Assembly (NCBI GenBank): GCA_963815195.1
Contig: CAWFGE010000013.1
Location: 32,001 to 96,000 of the forward strand
From: an uncultured Planctomycetaceae bacterium
GTDB lineage: Bacteria > Planctomycetota > Planctomycetia > Planctomycetales > Planctomycetaceae
DNA length: 64,000 nucleotides
Direction of reading: 5' to 3'
The position numbers and the translations under genes are program-made. This document shows positions 12,501-25,759 of this stretch, piece by piece (the stretch's first letter is position 1; the number at the start of each line of letters is the position of its first letter). Below the pieces are notes generated by a model. That model saw only the letters and a program-made list of their open reading frames with translations. It did no database searches and had not been told where the DNA came from.

Positions 12501-15500
12501 CGACTACGCCGATGGGCAAACCAATCGCAGTGATGTGACCACCGCCATCGCCGGCTATTCGAATCCCGATGATGATTCCAATCAGGCCACGTTCCTGGGT
12601 ATTCGCGACCAGGTTTCCGGAACGGTGACGGACACTTCCAGCGCGCAAGCCACGACGGCCAGCGATGCGATCAATGCCAGCGACACGGCGAATACCGAAG
12701 GCGTGACCGAAGCGGTGATCGCGGGCACGGTCACGTCGGGCGGAAATGTTAACGTCTTTGCCAAAGAAGACGACACGCTGAAATACGTGGCGGGTGCGGT
12801 CGAGGTGGCCGCGAGTGGCAGCATCGGAGCCGGGATCGGAATCGCCACGATTAACGGTGCGGCTCTGGCCCATATCGATGGGATCGTCACCGCCGGGGGC
12901 GGCGTGACGATCGAAGCCGATCAAGAAGAGAATCTTGACGGAACGGCATTCATCGGCGAGGCGTCGACTCTCCCCGCCGCGGGGGCGGGCGTGGCGATCA
13001 TCAACGATCATAGTGTGCAGGACGCCTCGATCCGGGATGGGGCGCAAATCCTCTCGGCCTCGGCCATCACCGTGACGGCCAATCACGGCGATTCCAAGTT
13101 CGAAACGCTCGCGGTGGAAGCCCAGATCAGCGGCGTGGGGACGATCGGGGCTTCGATTGCACGCTCTGTGGCCGATGGCGAAACGTCCGCGTACATCGGC
13201 AATGCGACGATTGGGGACTTCAGCGCCACCACGCCCACGGTTGGGGATGTCACGATCGAAGCCGACTCCAATATCAGCCCCAAGGCGCGGGCCTATACCG
13301 GATCCGGCGGCGTCGCATTTGCGGGCGACGGCAATAAAGAAGTCGCCCAAGTCACCCCCACAGTGACCGCCTATTTCGCCTCCCAAGGGGGACCGGCGGC
13401 CGATGGAACCGTCTCCGGCGACAGCATCAATCGCGTCTCGGGCGATGTGACGATTGCGGTCAATTCCACGGCCGAACCGCGGGCCATCGGCGTGGGGATT
13501 GCGGTCGCTTCGGGACTGGCGATTCCCGTCACGTTGACCTCGGCGACGGCATCGCCCACTGTGGAAGCCTTTGTCGGGGAGAACACGATCCTCCATGTCG
13601 TCGGCAACGCCAAGACGGATCCGGATTCCGCCACGGGCCGGCTTGAGATTTCGGCAATTGCCGCCGATGACCCCCAAGCCGACGGCACCGCGGCCGGCGG
13701 CGCTGGGTCACCGGCGGCGGCACGGGCGTGTTTGCCACGAACAAGACAACCCTCGACGCTTACATCGCCAACGGCGCGACGGTCACCACCAACGCCGATG
13801 TGGAAATCCACGCGAGCCAGGACTATGTGGGGTATTCCCGCGGCCAGGGGGCCGACTACGGGGGATTCAGCGTGAACATCAACCAGGCCACGCTGGATAT
13901 TGAACCGGCCGTCGATGCCTATGTGGCCTCGGCCAATGTGACGGCGGCAGGAGATGTGACCGTCGAGTCCGAATCCGGCTCACCCGGCACGCTGCCCGAT
14001 CTGTCGTTCGATTCCGGGGTGGGCGTCGATTACGACCAGAACATCATCACCTTCTCCCGGCCGCATGGTTTGGACACGGGAGATTCCATCATCTACCGAA
14101 CAAACGGACATGACCCCATCGGCGGATTGGTGGACGGCGCGACGTACCAGGTGATCCGCGTGAGCGACACCGCGATCCAACTGGGCACGTTCATCTCGGC
14201 CGACCAGGTCGATAACGCGACCGGGGAAATCCAGTTCGATCTTCCCCATACCTTCGAGAACGGGTCCGCTGTGGTCTATGACGCCAACGGCAACCCGTGG
14301 ATCAACGGGCTGCGAAACGGCACGACCTACTTCATCAACGCCCTCGATGCCAGCGCCGTCAAACTGGCGTCCACGGAAGAGATCGCCAGCAACGAGTCGA
14401 TCGCGGCATTCAACGGCAAAAGCGCGGTGAACTATGGCACAAACGAGATCACTATGCCGGTGAGCTATCCTGCGACCGGCCTGCACCAGACATTTGCCGT
14501 CGGGCAAGTGGGCGCGGAGTTTATTACGACGCAGGAAAAAAGCACATCACTCGCGGTGGGGGATGCGGTGATGTACGCCCCGAACGCCAGCGCCCTCACG
14601 GTCGAACCCTTGACTCGCTTTGGGGTGTATTACATCGCCAAGATTCAAAAAAACGGCGGTGGATATGTGCAGATCGCATTGGCGCAGACGCCCACGGACG
14701 CCGCCGCCGGCAACACAATCCATTTAACATCCCAAGGCGCGGGAGAATTGGTCGGCGTAGATGTGGAGCATTGGCAGCTTGCCAGTGCGGGCGTCAATAC
14801 GCCGGCCGCCTTCGTGTTTTCGGGCTACGTGCTTTATGGGACGTCGGCCATTTTTAACCCCGCTGAGCCTTTTCCATTTGTGACCGGAGACCAGGTAAGC
14901 TGGGTGCGGACGGACGGGGATTACGCCGAAGACGTGCGGTTCGGACTCCTGCCATATATTTCGTACTATGTGAGCGTGGACAATGAAGGAGGAGCGGGCA
15001 CGTTGCAGTTGGCGAGTTCACTGGAAGATCTTCAAAACCAGAAATTCATCACTCTCACCGAACCATCAAGCTTTGAGGCGGATCCGGAAAAGAACAACTT
15101 CTTCCTAGCGCTCCAGATTCCAGCCAAGACAGGAGATGCCTTCACGTATCGGGGGCCGCAAGCCATCTCCTTCAGCGGCGACAATATTAATGTGCCGGAG
15201 GTTGAGGATCCTTCGATTGTCCATTCGATCGAGGTGACCGATGGGGATACGCTCAACACCCTGCTTTTGGATGTGCAAAACGCTTCGCTGCAGCCAGGGG
15301 AGCAGCACGGGCTGCTCGGCACCGTGTACCGTGATACCACCGTGTCTGTCAATTCTCTCTCCGTGGCTCAGCAACTCACAAAATTCGATCCGTTTTACGC
15401 CTTCGTCGCCAGCGAAGTGGACTATCCCCGAAGTACTTCCAATATAACCGACCAGACTCCCCTGGCGACGTATTTGAACCCTGACGACGATTCTCTCATC

Positions 15501-18500
15501 GGCAACACCCGGAGTGGAACCGACCCGCTCTGGGACTCGGTCTTTGTGTTCGACGGCTTTCTGAAGGTGGAGAAAGCCGGGACTTACACATTTGAAGTGC
15601 GCTCCGATGATGGATTCGAGTTGAAAATCGACAATCAGATCGTCACGAACTTCACCGGCACGCGCGCCTATGACTCCTCCACCGGCACGTACACGTTTAA
15701 CACAGCGGGGTTCTACCCCATTTCGTTGCTGCATTACGACGACAGCGGGAATTTGGGCATTGAATTCCGCAGCGATCTTACGGCCCCGGCGTCCAACGGG
15801 GATCGGGCGGTTGTTCCCAACAGCTTGCTCTACATGCCCTTGGGTTTGATTTATGAAGTCGTCTCCACGTCCGCGGATGCCGAGGCGGTTGCCCCCTTGG
15901 TCGATGGCAGTGCTTACGGCTTTGTTCCCCTGATTTCCGACAGCGGAACGGCCGACGCGTTTTATTTGCCGCTGCCGAATACCACGCTGGCGCCCAGCGA
16001 CGCGGCGAACGCCACGCAGCATCAGTTGCGAATTCCGGGTAACGATCCCATTCCGGGGTTGACGGACGGGGGACTTTATTACGTGATCGCCGATCCGTCG
16101 CGACCGGGCGTGCTTCAATTGGCGGCCAGCCGGGACGATGCCCGCAACGGCATTGCGATCGACCTGGACCTGACGCCCTCGATTCAATTGTCGCCAGAGG
16201 CCCACAAGACGGACGCCGACAGCGCGGGATTCACGGTCGTGGATTCGCTCGGCGGAAATGTCTCGGTCGCGGCCGCGGGCGACTTCAATGGAGATCGCCT
16301 GAGAGACATGCTGGTGACCGCCTCTTCTGGGACGTACATCGTTTTCGGGCAAGCGGTGGAAACGGGCACGGTCATCGACCTGGCCACGCTGGATCCCGCG
16401 ACCGGCGTCCGTCTGGATCTTGGGGGTAACCAGTTTCAAAGCGCAGGCGACGTGAACGGCGATGGCGTCGAGGACCTGCTCATCGGCGATGCGGCAAACA
16501 ATCGGGTTGACGTGGTGTATGGTTCGGCCAAGATATTTCCCGCGACCATTGCAACGGCCGATGTCGTCATCACGGGCCAGACCGGCGACGCGATTGGAAG
16601 CGCGCTCGCCGCGGCCGACGTCAACGGCGACGGCGTGGATGATTTGATTCTCGGAGCGGCGGATAACCAGCGGAGCTATGTGGTGTTCGGCTCCGCCGGT
16701 TTTGGATTGAGCGGTTCGATCAGCCTGGGCGTGCTCGCGGGAGATGGTGATGGGCTTCAAGGGGCGTTCTATGACACCGGAACCTACCAAACTCTGGATC
16801 AAGCCGAACTGACGGCATCGCGGACGACCCCGGATGTCGTGTTTACGTCCACCGCCCTCAATTACCCCGCGACTGGGGACGCCGTGAGTGATTCGGTCGG
16901 TCTCAAAACTTTTTTGGGCGCGGATGCCCCGGCGAACGCTCCGAGTACCAACCTGACCGGATCGGTATTAACCTACGGGGGCTTTCTCAAAGTGCCTCAA
17001 GCGGGAACATACACTTTTGAAGCCCATGCCGATGACGGGTTCCGCCTGCGGATCGGCAGTCAAATTGTCATTGACGACACATCGGTCGGCGGTTTCGCCA
17101 GCGGGGCCGCCTCGGGAGTCGTCACTTTCGACCGGGCGGGATTGGTTCCGATCGAATTCACGCATTGGGAGTACACGGGAAACACGGGCGTCTTACTGGA
17201 AAGCAACCTCACCGGCACGATGGAGGTCATTCCGCAAGAGTTGCTCTACTCGGTGGGCGGCTATGTGATCCAAGGCGGAACGGGCAATTTCGGAGCCGCC
17301 GTGTCCGATGCCGGCGACGTGAACGGCGACGGCGTTGAGGACATATTGATCGGAGACCCTGCAAACAATGAGGCCTTCCTCGTGTTGGGGACTTCGAACG
17401 ATCGCGGCCTGAGTCTCGATGCAAGCCGACTGGACGGCCGAAACGGTACGGTGCTCGCGGGACCATCCGGCGTCGGGCAGATGTTGGATGCCGCGGGAGA
17501 CGTGAACGGCGACGGCTACGCGGATGTTCTTCTGGGGCTTCCCGATCGAAACGAGGCCTTTGTCGTCTTCGGCTCGGAACGGTTTGCCCCGAGCATCGAC
17601 CTTCAGGACCTCACGGCGGGCGTCGGATTCGAGATCGATGGTCTCAGCAGCGATGTCGAATTGGGGACGGCTGTGACGGGATTGGGCGACATCAACCGCG
17701 ACGGGATCGACGATTTCGCCATCGCCAGTCCAAAGTCCGGAAACAATCTTCACGGCCATCTGTACGTCATCTTCGGTTCGCCGACATTGTCCGAAGCCTC
17801 GAGTTTCGACCTGGCGACCTTGGATGGGATCAACGGCTATCAACGTTCCGGATCGGCCGATAATATCCAGCTCGGCGGATCACTGGCCGGCCCGGGCGAT
17901 GTCAACGGCGACGGCGTGCGGGACGTGCTCGTGGGCGAAAACGGTCAGGCGAGGCTGCTGTTCGGATCGCCGGACGTTTTTGAGTTCAAATCGGTCGATC
18001 CGGAAGCGGAGACCGTGACGTTCACCACCGCGACCGGACTCGAAACCGGTGACGCGTTCATCTACACCGGCGCGGAAGGCGCCCGACGTGGGCGGACTCA
18101 CTTCGAATACCTTGTACTACGCCATCGTTTCGGGAAACAGCGAGGTCCTTCAGTTTGCCCTCTCGGCGGACGACGCGGCGGCTGGGGCGGCGATCGATCT
18201 CGATCTCTCCCCGCGGTTCTTGGTGGACGGGGGCACGGGAACTTTGGCCGACAGCGGACAGATCGTCGGAGCGGGGGCCACGGGCGAAGTGGCGCTGGGC
18301 GATGTGGACGGCGATGGCGATGTGGATGTGCTGGCGACCAAGGTGGCGGGGACCAATCGTTTGTTCCTCAACCAAGGGGGATCTCAAGGCGGAGTGGAAG
18401 GCGTGTTTCTCGATAGCGGCCAATCCATTGGGAGCGACGGCGAGGCCGTGAAGCTCGGAGATATTGACGGCGATGGCGACCTGGATGCGATCATCAGTGG

Positions 18501-21500
18501 GAACGAAACTCGGGTTTACGTGAACCAGGGCGGCATCCAAGGCGGCCAGCCCGGGGTCTTTCTGGACGCGGGCCAAACCTTGGGAAGCAACACGTTCGTG
18601 GAAGGCTTGGGGGACGTGGACGGCGACGGCGATCTGGACGCGTTTCTCGTCGGAGGCGACACCTTCGTGTTCCTCAATCAAGGCGGCGCCCAAGGCGGGC
18701 AAGCCGGCGTCTTCCTCGATAGCGGACAACGGCTCGGCGACGGGGATAGTTTTGCCGTCGGCTTGGGAGATCTGGACAACGACGGCGATCTGGATGCCTT
18801 TGTGGTCAATGCAGATGGCCAAAATCAGGTCTTCCTCAATCAAGGGGGCTTGCAGGGTGGAGAAGCCGGCATCTTTGTCGATAGCGGCCAACTTTTGGGA
18901 CCGGCGACCGGTAGCTCCAGCGTTGCCTTGGGGGATGTGGACGGCGACGGAGATCTGGATGCCGTGCTCGGGGCCGAATCCGGACCGGCCTTGGTGCTCT
19001 TGAACCAGACCAACGCCGGCAACCCGGCCCTTTTCGTGGACAGCGGCCAAACCCTGGGCAATGCGAGCTTTGACGTGTCCCTCGGCGATCTCGATGAAGA
19101 TGGATTCCTCGATCTCATCGTGGCCGGTTCCGGCAGTTCCGGCTTTGTTTCCGTGTTCCTCAATGACGGGGCGAATCAGGCCGGGCAATTCATCGCCACC
19201 GGCCAGACGCTGGGATCGGAGCAAAGCCTCTCGGTGAACTTGTGCGATCTGGATGGAGACGGGCACTTGGACGCCTATGTGGGGACATTGGCGCTCAATC
19301 CAAACAACTCCGGAGATCGTATTCTGCTGGGCCGGCCGAGCGCCTGGACGTCCAATGTGGATGAGGTGGCCGATACGTTTACGTTCGACGACGGCGCACC
19401 GCGGGTGACGGGCGGAGCGCCTGTGACCTATCAGGCCGCTTGGGGAACGCCGCTTATCGGTTTGAAAGATGGCGAAACGTACTTTGCCATCACGTCCGAC
19501 AGCCTCCCCGCCGACACCATTCGCATCAGCCCAACTCAGACGGGGGCTCTCACCAGCGACGGCCAAAGCAATCTGGTCCGATTTCATATCGGCTCGATGA
19601 CGCCGGGGGGGACGCATTATCTGGGGATCGAAGGTCTGGGGATCACGCAGCCGGGATCCGACCTTATCGTGGGGTCGCAAGGAACGTTCGACCCGACGGA
19701 GTTGGACGGCGAAGACGGGTTTTCCGTCAGCGGCGTCGACGACAATGAGCAAGTGGGTTCGATCGTCACCGGCGTTGGCGATCTGGACGGCGACGGTTAC
19801 AACGATTTCGTCGTCGTCGGCCAGACGCCTTATCTTGTCTACGGTTTCGACGATCCGGGAACGGGAGACTATCCCATCAATGATCCAAAGCTCGGCGGCG
19901 TGCCGATTGGGGTCGGCGGCCAGATCGTGGGCCGAGTCGGCGACTTGAACGGCGATGGTTATGACGATCTGGTCATTGGCGATCCGTCGGCCAACTCCGG
20001 GGCCGGGATGGTGTCGATCGTTTTGGGTTCAAGCGAACGCTTCACCGGCTCGATCGATCTGCCCGATAGCGTTGTGTTGGGCGAGAACGAGGGAGATCAA
20101 TTCGGGGCCTCCCTGGTCGGCGCAAATCTCAACAACGACCGCTTTGACGATCTTGTCGTCGGCGCTCCGGGAGCGGAAGGCGGTGACGGCAAAGCCTATG
20201 TCCTCTTCGGCGGTGAAAACCGAATCGGTCACGGCCTGACCGGCGCTTATTTTCATTCGGGATCGCTTCAGGATGCGGATGAGGCGGCTCAATACATCGC
20301 CGATAACGCGCCGGACGCAACCTTTGTTTCTTCTCAACTCAATTATCCACGCACCAGCGATACGCTGAATGACGCCAACAGGCTTTCGACATACCTCGAC
20401 AGCGACGCGAGCACATTGGTGGGCACCGACGCCCGGAGCCTCAATGCCTCGACATTCTCCTATGACGGCTTTTTGGTTGTCGAAACGGCGGGCACGTATC
20501 AGTTCGAACTCGGTGCCGATGATGGAGCGCGGCTGATCATCGACGGCGAAATTGTCGCTGATAAAACGAAAGGCGCCTTCGGCACGACCGCCCACGATTA
20601 CACGTTTGACCAACCCGGCTTATACCCGATCTCCGTCGTGCATTTCGAGGATGGAGGGAACACGGGAGTCGATATCAAAAGCGACCTCGGCGGCAGCCTG
20701 GAGCCTTTAACGACAGAGTTCCTCCGCACGGTCGCCTGGGATCTGAGTGAACTCGACGGCACAACGGGATTCGTGCTTGATGGAGCGGGAACCGATGCGG
20801 CCTTGGGCGCGGCAGTGGGGGCGGCGGGCGATATTAATAGTGATACGATCGCGGACGTGATCGTCGGCGCGCCGGGAACCGCCGCGGCCTATGTGCTCTT
20901 CGGCAGTACCAGCCCTTACACGGAATCGCTCGACGTGGCCACATTCACCGGCAATGGCTCCGGCGTCACGCTCGAGGGCGACTTAAACAGTCAAACGGGC
21001 TTTTCGGTGAATGGTGCGGGCGACATCAACGGCGATGGCCTCGACGATGTCATCATTGGAGCGCCCGCCGCGTCCCCCGACGGCCGCGCGGAAGCGGGGC
21101 AAGCTTTTATCGTTTTCGGGTCGGCAAAGGCCTTCCCGAGCTCGGTCGACTTGACGATGCTCGACGGCACGATCGGGTTCGTGTTGAATGGCGGGGCGGC
21201 GGGCGATCGTGCGGGCACATCGGTCGCCGGCGTCGGCGACATCAATGGGGATAGCATTGACGATGTCCTCATCGGATCCCCCTTTGCCAATTTCGATGGC
21301 CGGGAGAACGTCGGGGTCGCCTATCTTTTGTTTGGCGGCCAGAACATCGGCCAACAGTCGGGCCAGATTCTGACGGCCCTGGGAAGCGCAGCGCTGGCGA
21401 TGACCGGATCAGACGACGATGGCCACTTGGGCATGGCCCTGTCGGCCTTGGGCGATATTAATGGGGACACCGCACCGGATTTGATCGTCGGCGCGCGGGG

Positions 21501-24500
21501 GCTTCCGCGGATCGCGGTCTCGCCTTCGTGACGTTCGGGATCGATCCCAACGCGAAACACATTCTGATTGCCGACTTGACGAAACCGGCATCCACCGGAG
21601 TCCAAGAGTTTCTACAGGACGCGAAGACGCTCTCCCCCACCCCGCTGACTGGGATGCCACACGTTTCCGCTTGGGGATCCTCCGGAGCTTTGATCGGCGG
21701 GGAAGGATCGCATATCTTCGCCACCATCAAACCCACGGTCCGGGCCTTCATCGGTGATCCCGATAATTCGGGAACCGCCACGACGGCAAACGTCACGGCC
21801 GGAGACGAGGTTTATATCCAGTCCGTATCGGCGACGGATGTGAAGGCCGACGTGACCGGGTTTTTGTTTACGGCCATCGGCGGCGGCAACGCGGTCAGTA
21901 CCGTCGATCTTGGCGGGCAATCGAACGCCTACGTCGGCAAGGACGCCCGAGTGTTCGCCCAGGGGGGGGACTTCACCCTGTTGGCCCAGTCGAACGACAC
22001 GGTGGACGCCAGCTCGACCGCGATTTCCGGGGGCGTTGTCGATGTGTTCGAAGCGAAAACGTTCCCCACGCTGGCGAGCACAACCACCGCCTTCGTCGGC
22101 CCGAGTTCGGTAATCACCGCTGAGGGCGATGTGTACGTTGAAGCGACGAAAGCCACGAATCTCTCGGCCACGTCCAGCAGTGTGGCCGGCGGAGTCCTTG
22201 TCACGCCCCAATCCATCGTAGAGGCCAGCGTGGGCAACAGTGGCGATACGATCCTGGCGTTTGTCTCGGGCGGTTCGCAGGTCACAAGCCAGCATGGCAC
22301 GAAGGGCATTGTCGTGACGGCCTCGAATTCCCCGCAAGATGTGCTTGACGTGAAGGCCACGGGCCGGAGTTACGGTTTATTCACAGGACAGAAGGCCAGT
22401 GCCGGCCTCACCCTCAATGAGCAGACCCGCGTCAAGACCGAGGGGACATACAGCGGAAGCGAATTGACCGTGACATCGACGTTGGCGTGGGACAAGGTCT
22501 CTGTCACCTCGGATTCCCGGGCGGAGTGTATTGGGCGTGGCCTATGCCGACTCCACGCTGGACGGAACGATCAACACCGTGGTCGATCAAGACTCCACGG
22601 GGATTTCGAATGTGCATGAAGTGCATTCGACCCAGGACTTGAAGAACGGCACAAATGGAACGCCGGCCACCGTGCAAAAGACGACACAGAACACATTCCT
22701 GTTTATTGGACTGACCAAACCCAAGACCGTCAGCGGGGCAAACAATATCAACGTACTGCCTGCTCCCGCGACAGCGAGTCCGCAGATTCTCGGCGTCGGC
22801 AGCGATGCCACGGAATTGAACCTGGCCGAAGAAGGCGATGTGGTCACGCTCTCGGCCACGTTTACGGATGACCTCACCGAAACGCATACCGCGGTGGTGG
22901 ATTGGGGCGACGGAAGTATTCCCACCCCAGCGATAATCGCGCAGGACGGTGACCATTTTGCCGTCGAGGCCACGCACATCTATCACAACGGAGGCATCTA
23001 TCCCATCACGCTGACGGTGACGGATGAATTTGGATTGGTGGACACCGCATCCACAACCGCGCACGTGACGGGCGTGGGCGTTGTCAACGGCGTGCTGTAT
23101 GTCATTGGCTCGCCAGGCAACGATACCGTGGAGATCACCGACCTCTTCGGCGTGCCCCAGGTCGTGACCAATTTCGCCGACGACTTCCAACCCGCGGTTA
23201 TCGTGAATGACATCTTAGTCGAGTTGTTCGGCGGAGACGATACCGCCTTTGTCTCGAGCGCAATCACGGCCAGAGTCGCGATCGACGGCGGCGACGGGAC
23301 CGACGCGTTTTCCAGCGATGCATCGCTGATCGTCGGATCGGCCGGTCATGTCCGCGTCGCCGGGACGGAGATTGTGGGCACCGGTTTTGAATTCCTCGGC
23401 GGCGTGACGGAGATCGATGGCAGCGACGAAGCCGACACAATCTCTCTCTTCAACGATCGCGTCGTCGTGAACGGCACCACCGTGAATTTGTCCGATGCGT
23501 CTGACCTGACGATCCGCCCCGGCGCAGGCGACGATCAGGTTGACTTCTTCGTGGACGGCGACTCCGCAGCCTCGGCCCCCCGAACGATGACGGTTGTGGA
23601 GACCGACGGCGACGACACCTATGCCTTCAACGCCTCAAACCTGGAGATCGCGATTCAGGACGATGCGGGAGTCGATACGCTCGACTTCTCGCAACTCCCC
23701 TCGGCGATTGAAATTTCGCTGTTGCTCGACGGCGGCGAACCGCAAAACATCGGGTCGGCCAACGTCGGACTGAGCTTGACGGGCACGTTCGAAGAAGTAA
23801 TCGGCACCAGCGCCGACGATGTGATCACCGGCGACGATGCCGATAATATCCTCATCGGTGGCGACGGCGACGACAGGCTTTCGGGCGGGTTCGGCAACGA
23901 TGTTCTCGACGGTGGTGCCGGCGACGACCTGCTGCAAGGCGGCTGGGGCGATGACAAACTCTTTGGCGGGGCGGGCGATGATTTGCTCGAAGGAGAACGC
24001 GGCAACGACATTCTCGTCGGAAACGAAGGCGACGACGTCCTGGAGGGGAGTTTCGGGAGAGATCTCCTTATTGGCGGTCTGGGCGACGACTTTGCCTTCG
24101 GCGGCACAGGCGATGATATTCTCATCGGCGGCTCCACCGCATACGACGAAGAAATTGCCAATCTGATGTTGCTCATTGCGGAGTGGACCTCGCCGAGAAC
24201 GTACATTGAGCGACTGGCCGATCTCCGATACGGCGGCGGGGAATTTCTGGCGGGGACCGGTGTCGCGTTGTCCGCGACGGGCGACTCGCAGACCGTGTTC
24301 GACGACGGCGTCATCGATGAACTCACCGGAAATAGCGGGCAAGACTGGTTCTTTGCCGACAAACTGACCGATCAGATCACGGACCGGGCGAATAATGAAC
24401 TCTTAGATTCGATCTTCCCTGCCGGCGAGGCGGACGTGCAAATCTTCGCTGTCGGAAGCGGGCCGGGGATGGCATCGACCGTCAAGGTGTACCGTTCCCA

Positions 24501-25671
24501 GTCCGGCGAACTGGTCCGCCAGTTTTCGCCCTACGGCGGTTTTCTCGGCGGGGTGCGGGTTGCCACCGCGGACGTTGACGGCGACGGCGTGGCGGACATC
24601 ATCACGGGCGCCGGTCCCGGCGGCGGACCGCACGTCAAAGTCTACGATGGAGTCACGGGCGCGGAAATTCGCAGTTTCATGGCGTTCGACCCGGGTTTCA
24701 CAGGGGGCGTATTCGTCGCCGCCGCGGATCTCGATCGCGATCTAAGGGCGGAGATCGTCGTGGGAGCCGATGCCGGCGGAGGCCCGCATGTTCGCGTTTT
24801 CCTGGGCGTTGACAATTCCGAGTTGTTCAGCTTTTTCGCCTATGATCCCGGTTTCAAGGGAGGCGTCCGCGTCGCGGCGGGCGACATCACGGGCGATGGC
24901 ATACCGGACATCATCACCGCGGCCGGTCCCGGCGGCGGACCCCATGTGCGGGTCTTCGATGGAGCGACTCCCCAACTCGGCGGATTGGGAATCGACATCG
25001 GCGGTCCTCGGGGAAGTTTCTACGCCTATGATCCCGCATTCACCGGCGGCGTGTTCGTCGCGGCGGGCGATGTCAATGGAGATTCCCAGATCGACCTCAT
25101 CACCGGGGCGGGAGCGGGCGGGGGTCCGCATGTCCGCGTGATTGACGGCGGCACGGGTTCGCAACTCGCCGGCCCCATCGGCAGTTTCATGGCCTACGAT
25201 GTCGGCTTCACGGGCGGCGTGCAGGTTGCCTTTGGTGATGTGGACGGCGACGGCCATCCAGAGATTATCACGGCCGCCGGCCCTGGCGGCGGTCCCCATG
25301 TGAAGGTTTTCAACGGGGAGAGCCCCGACACTCAGCCTCGAGAAGTTCGCAGTTTCTTCGCCTTTAATGCCGACTTCACCGGCGGCATATTCGTCGCCGC
25401 CGGCACGATTCAAGAGAGTCCCTTTTCGTCATGGCAAGTCAGCGACAATCTTGATTCGGCTCAGGATGCATTGCCCGCTCCCGGCGAATCGCAGTTGGGG
25501 TTGATCATCCCGGACGAGACAGCGGCCGGCAATGATTCGCTCGTTGACCCCGCTCCAATTGCCGATGACGAACTCGTAAGCATGGAACCCGACCACCCCC
25601 GATTATCCGATCCAAAGATCTTGGATCTGCTTTTTTCCGACGAAGACCTGTTGGAAGCTGTCTTCGCTTAG
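589..25671 (+). CDS. Giant secreted adhesin-like exoprotein (~8,300 aa), split by 8 apparent frameshifts
   Basis: Nine same-strand ORFs abut or overlap with continuous repeat grammar (469-3402, 3461-6316, 5871-8915, 8924-12325, 12217-13875, 13728-18416, 18049-21531, 21528-22619, 22531-25671). Only the first has an N-terminal export motif (ELEDRTLLS, 742-768). Junctions examined fall in simple repeats (G5 at 3366-3370, GCGCGC near 8908). Start codon uncertain; ATG 589 chosen. Confidence 0.85.
742..768 (+). other. Planctomycete extracellular-protein N-terminal motif (LEPR-XLL-like, ELEDRTLLS)
   Basis: Translation ADELEDRTLLS preceded by an Arg-rich leader; known signature of planctomycete giant exoproteins. 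Confidence 0.8.
1270..3280 (+). other. Integrin-alpha/FG-GAP beta-propeller region 1 of the giant protein, with a PA14 domain inserted at ~2095-2620
   Basis: Repeats AGDVNGDGxDDxxIGAPG...YVxFG and LDGxxGF; PA14 motifs GLSGMFY...FTFNGSLYVAEPGAYNFEVGSAEGFRLTIDG. Confidence 0.85.
15309..15833 (+). other. PA14 domain 2 of the giant protein
   Basis: GLLGTVY...FDGFLKVEKAGTYTFEVRSDDGFELKIDNQIV...GFYPISLLHYD. Confidence 0.85.
16240..21500 (+). other. FG-GAP/VCBS propeller regions with PA14 domains 3 (~16752-17250) and 4 (~20233-20730)
   Basis: AGDVNGDG repeats; DSGQxLG..LGDVDGDGDLD repeats (~18230-19330); PA14 motifs GTYTFEAHADDGFRL and GTYQFELGADDGARL. Confidence 0.85.
22790..25410 (+). other. C-terminal PKD domain, RTX Ca-binding nonapeptides and GAGPGGGPHV FG-GAP-type repeats of the giant protein
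   Basis: VDWGDG..HIYHNGGIYPITLTVTD (PKD); GGDGDDRLSGGFGNDVLDGGAGDDLL (RTX, ~23810-24130); repeated GAGPGGGPHVKV...AYDPGFxGGVxVAAGD. Confidence 0.85.
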
Positions 25672-25759
25672 ATCATCCGTTCGGGGGTGCAGCACCTCGT
25701 CCGCCGAGATCCAGCTCCCATTCGGCGATTCTCGATGACGCGACGGGCCGTCAACGGAT

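Noticed and set aside
3725..19752. Long antisense ORFs (3725-6172, 9281-11965, 15105-16802, 18058-19752; also 33579-35405, 56878-59115)
   Set aside because: Shadow frames of GC-rich coding sequence; Arg-rich translations with no motifs.
23810..24130. RTX toxin
   Set aside because: The nonapeptides belong to an adhesin-like protein; no toxin domain, acyltransferase or type I secretion genes are seen nearby.
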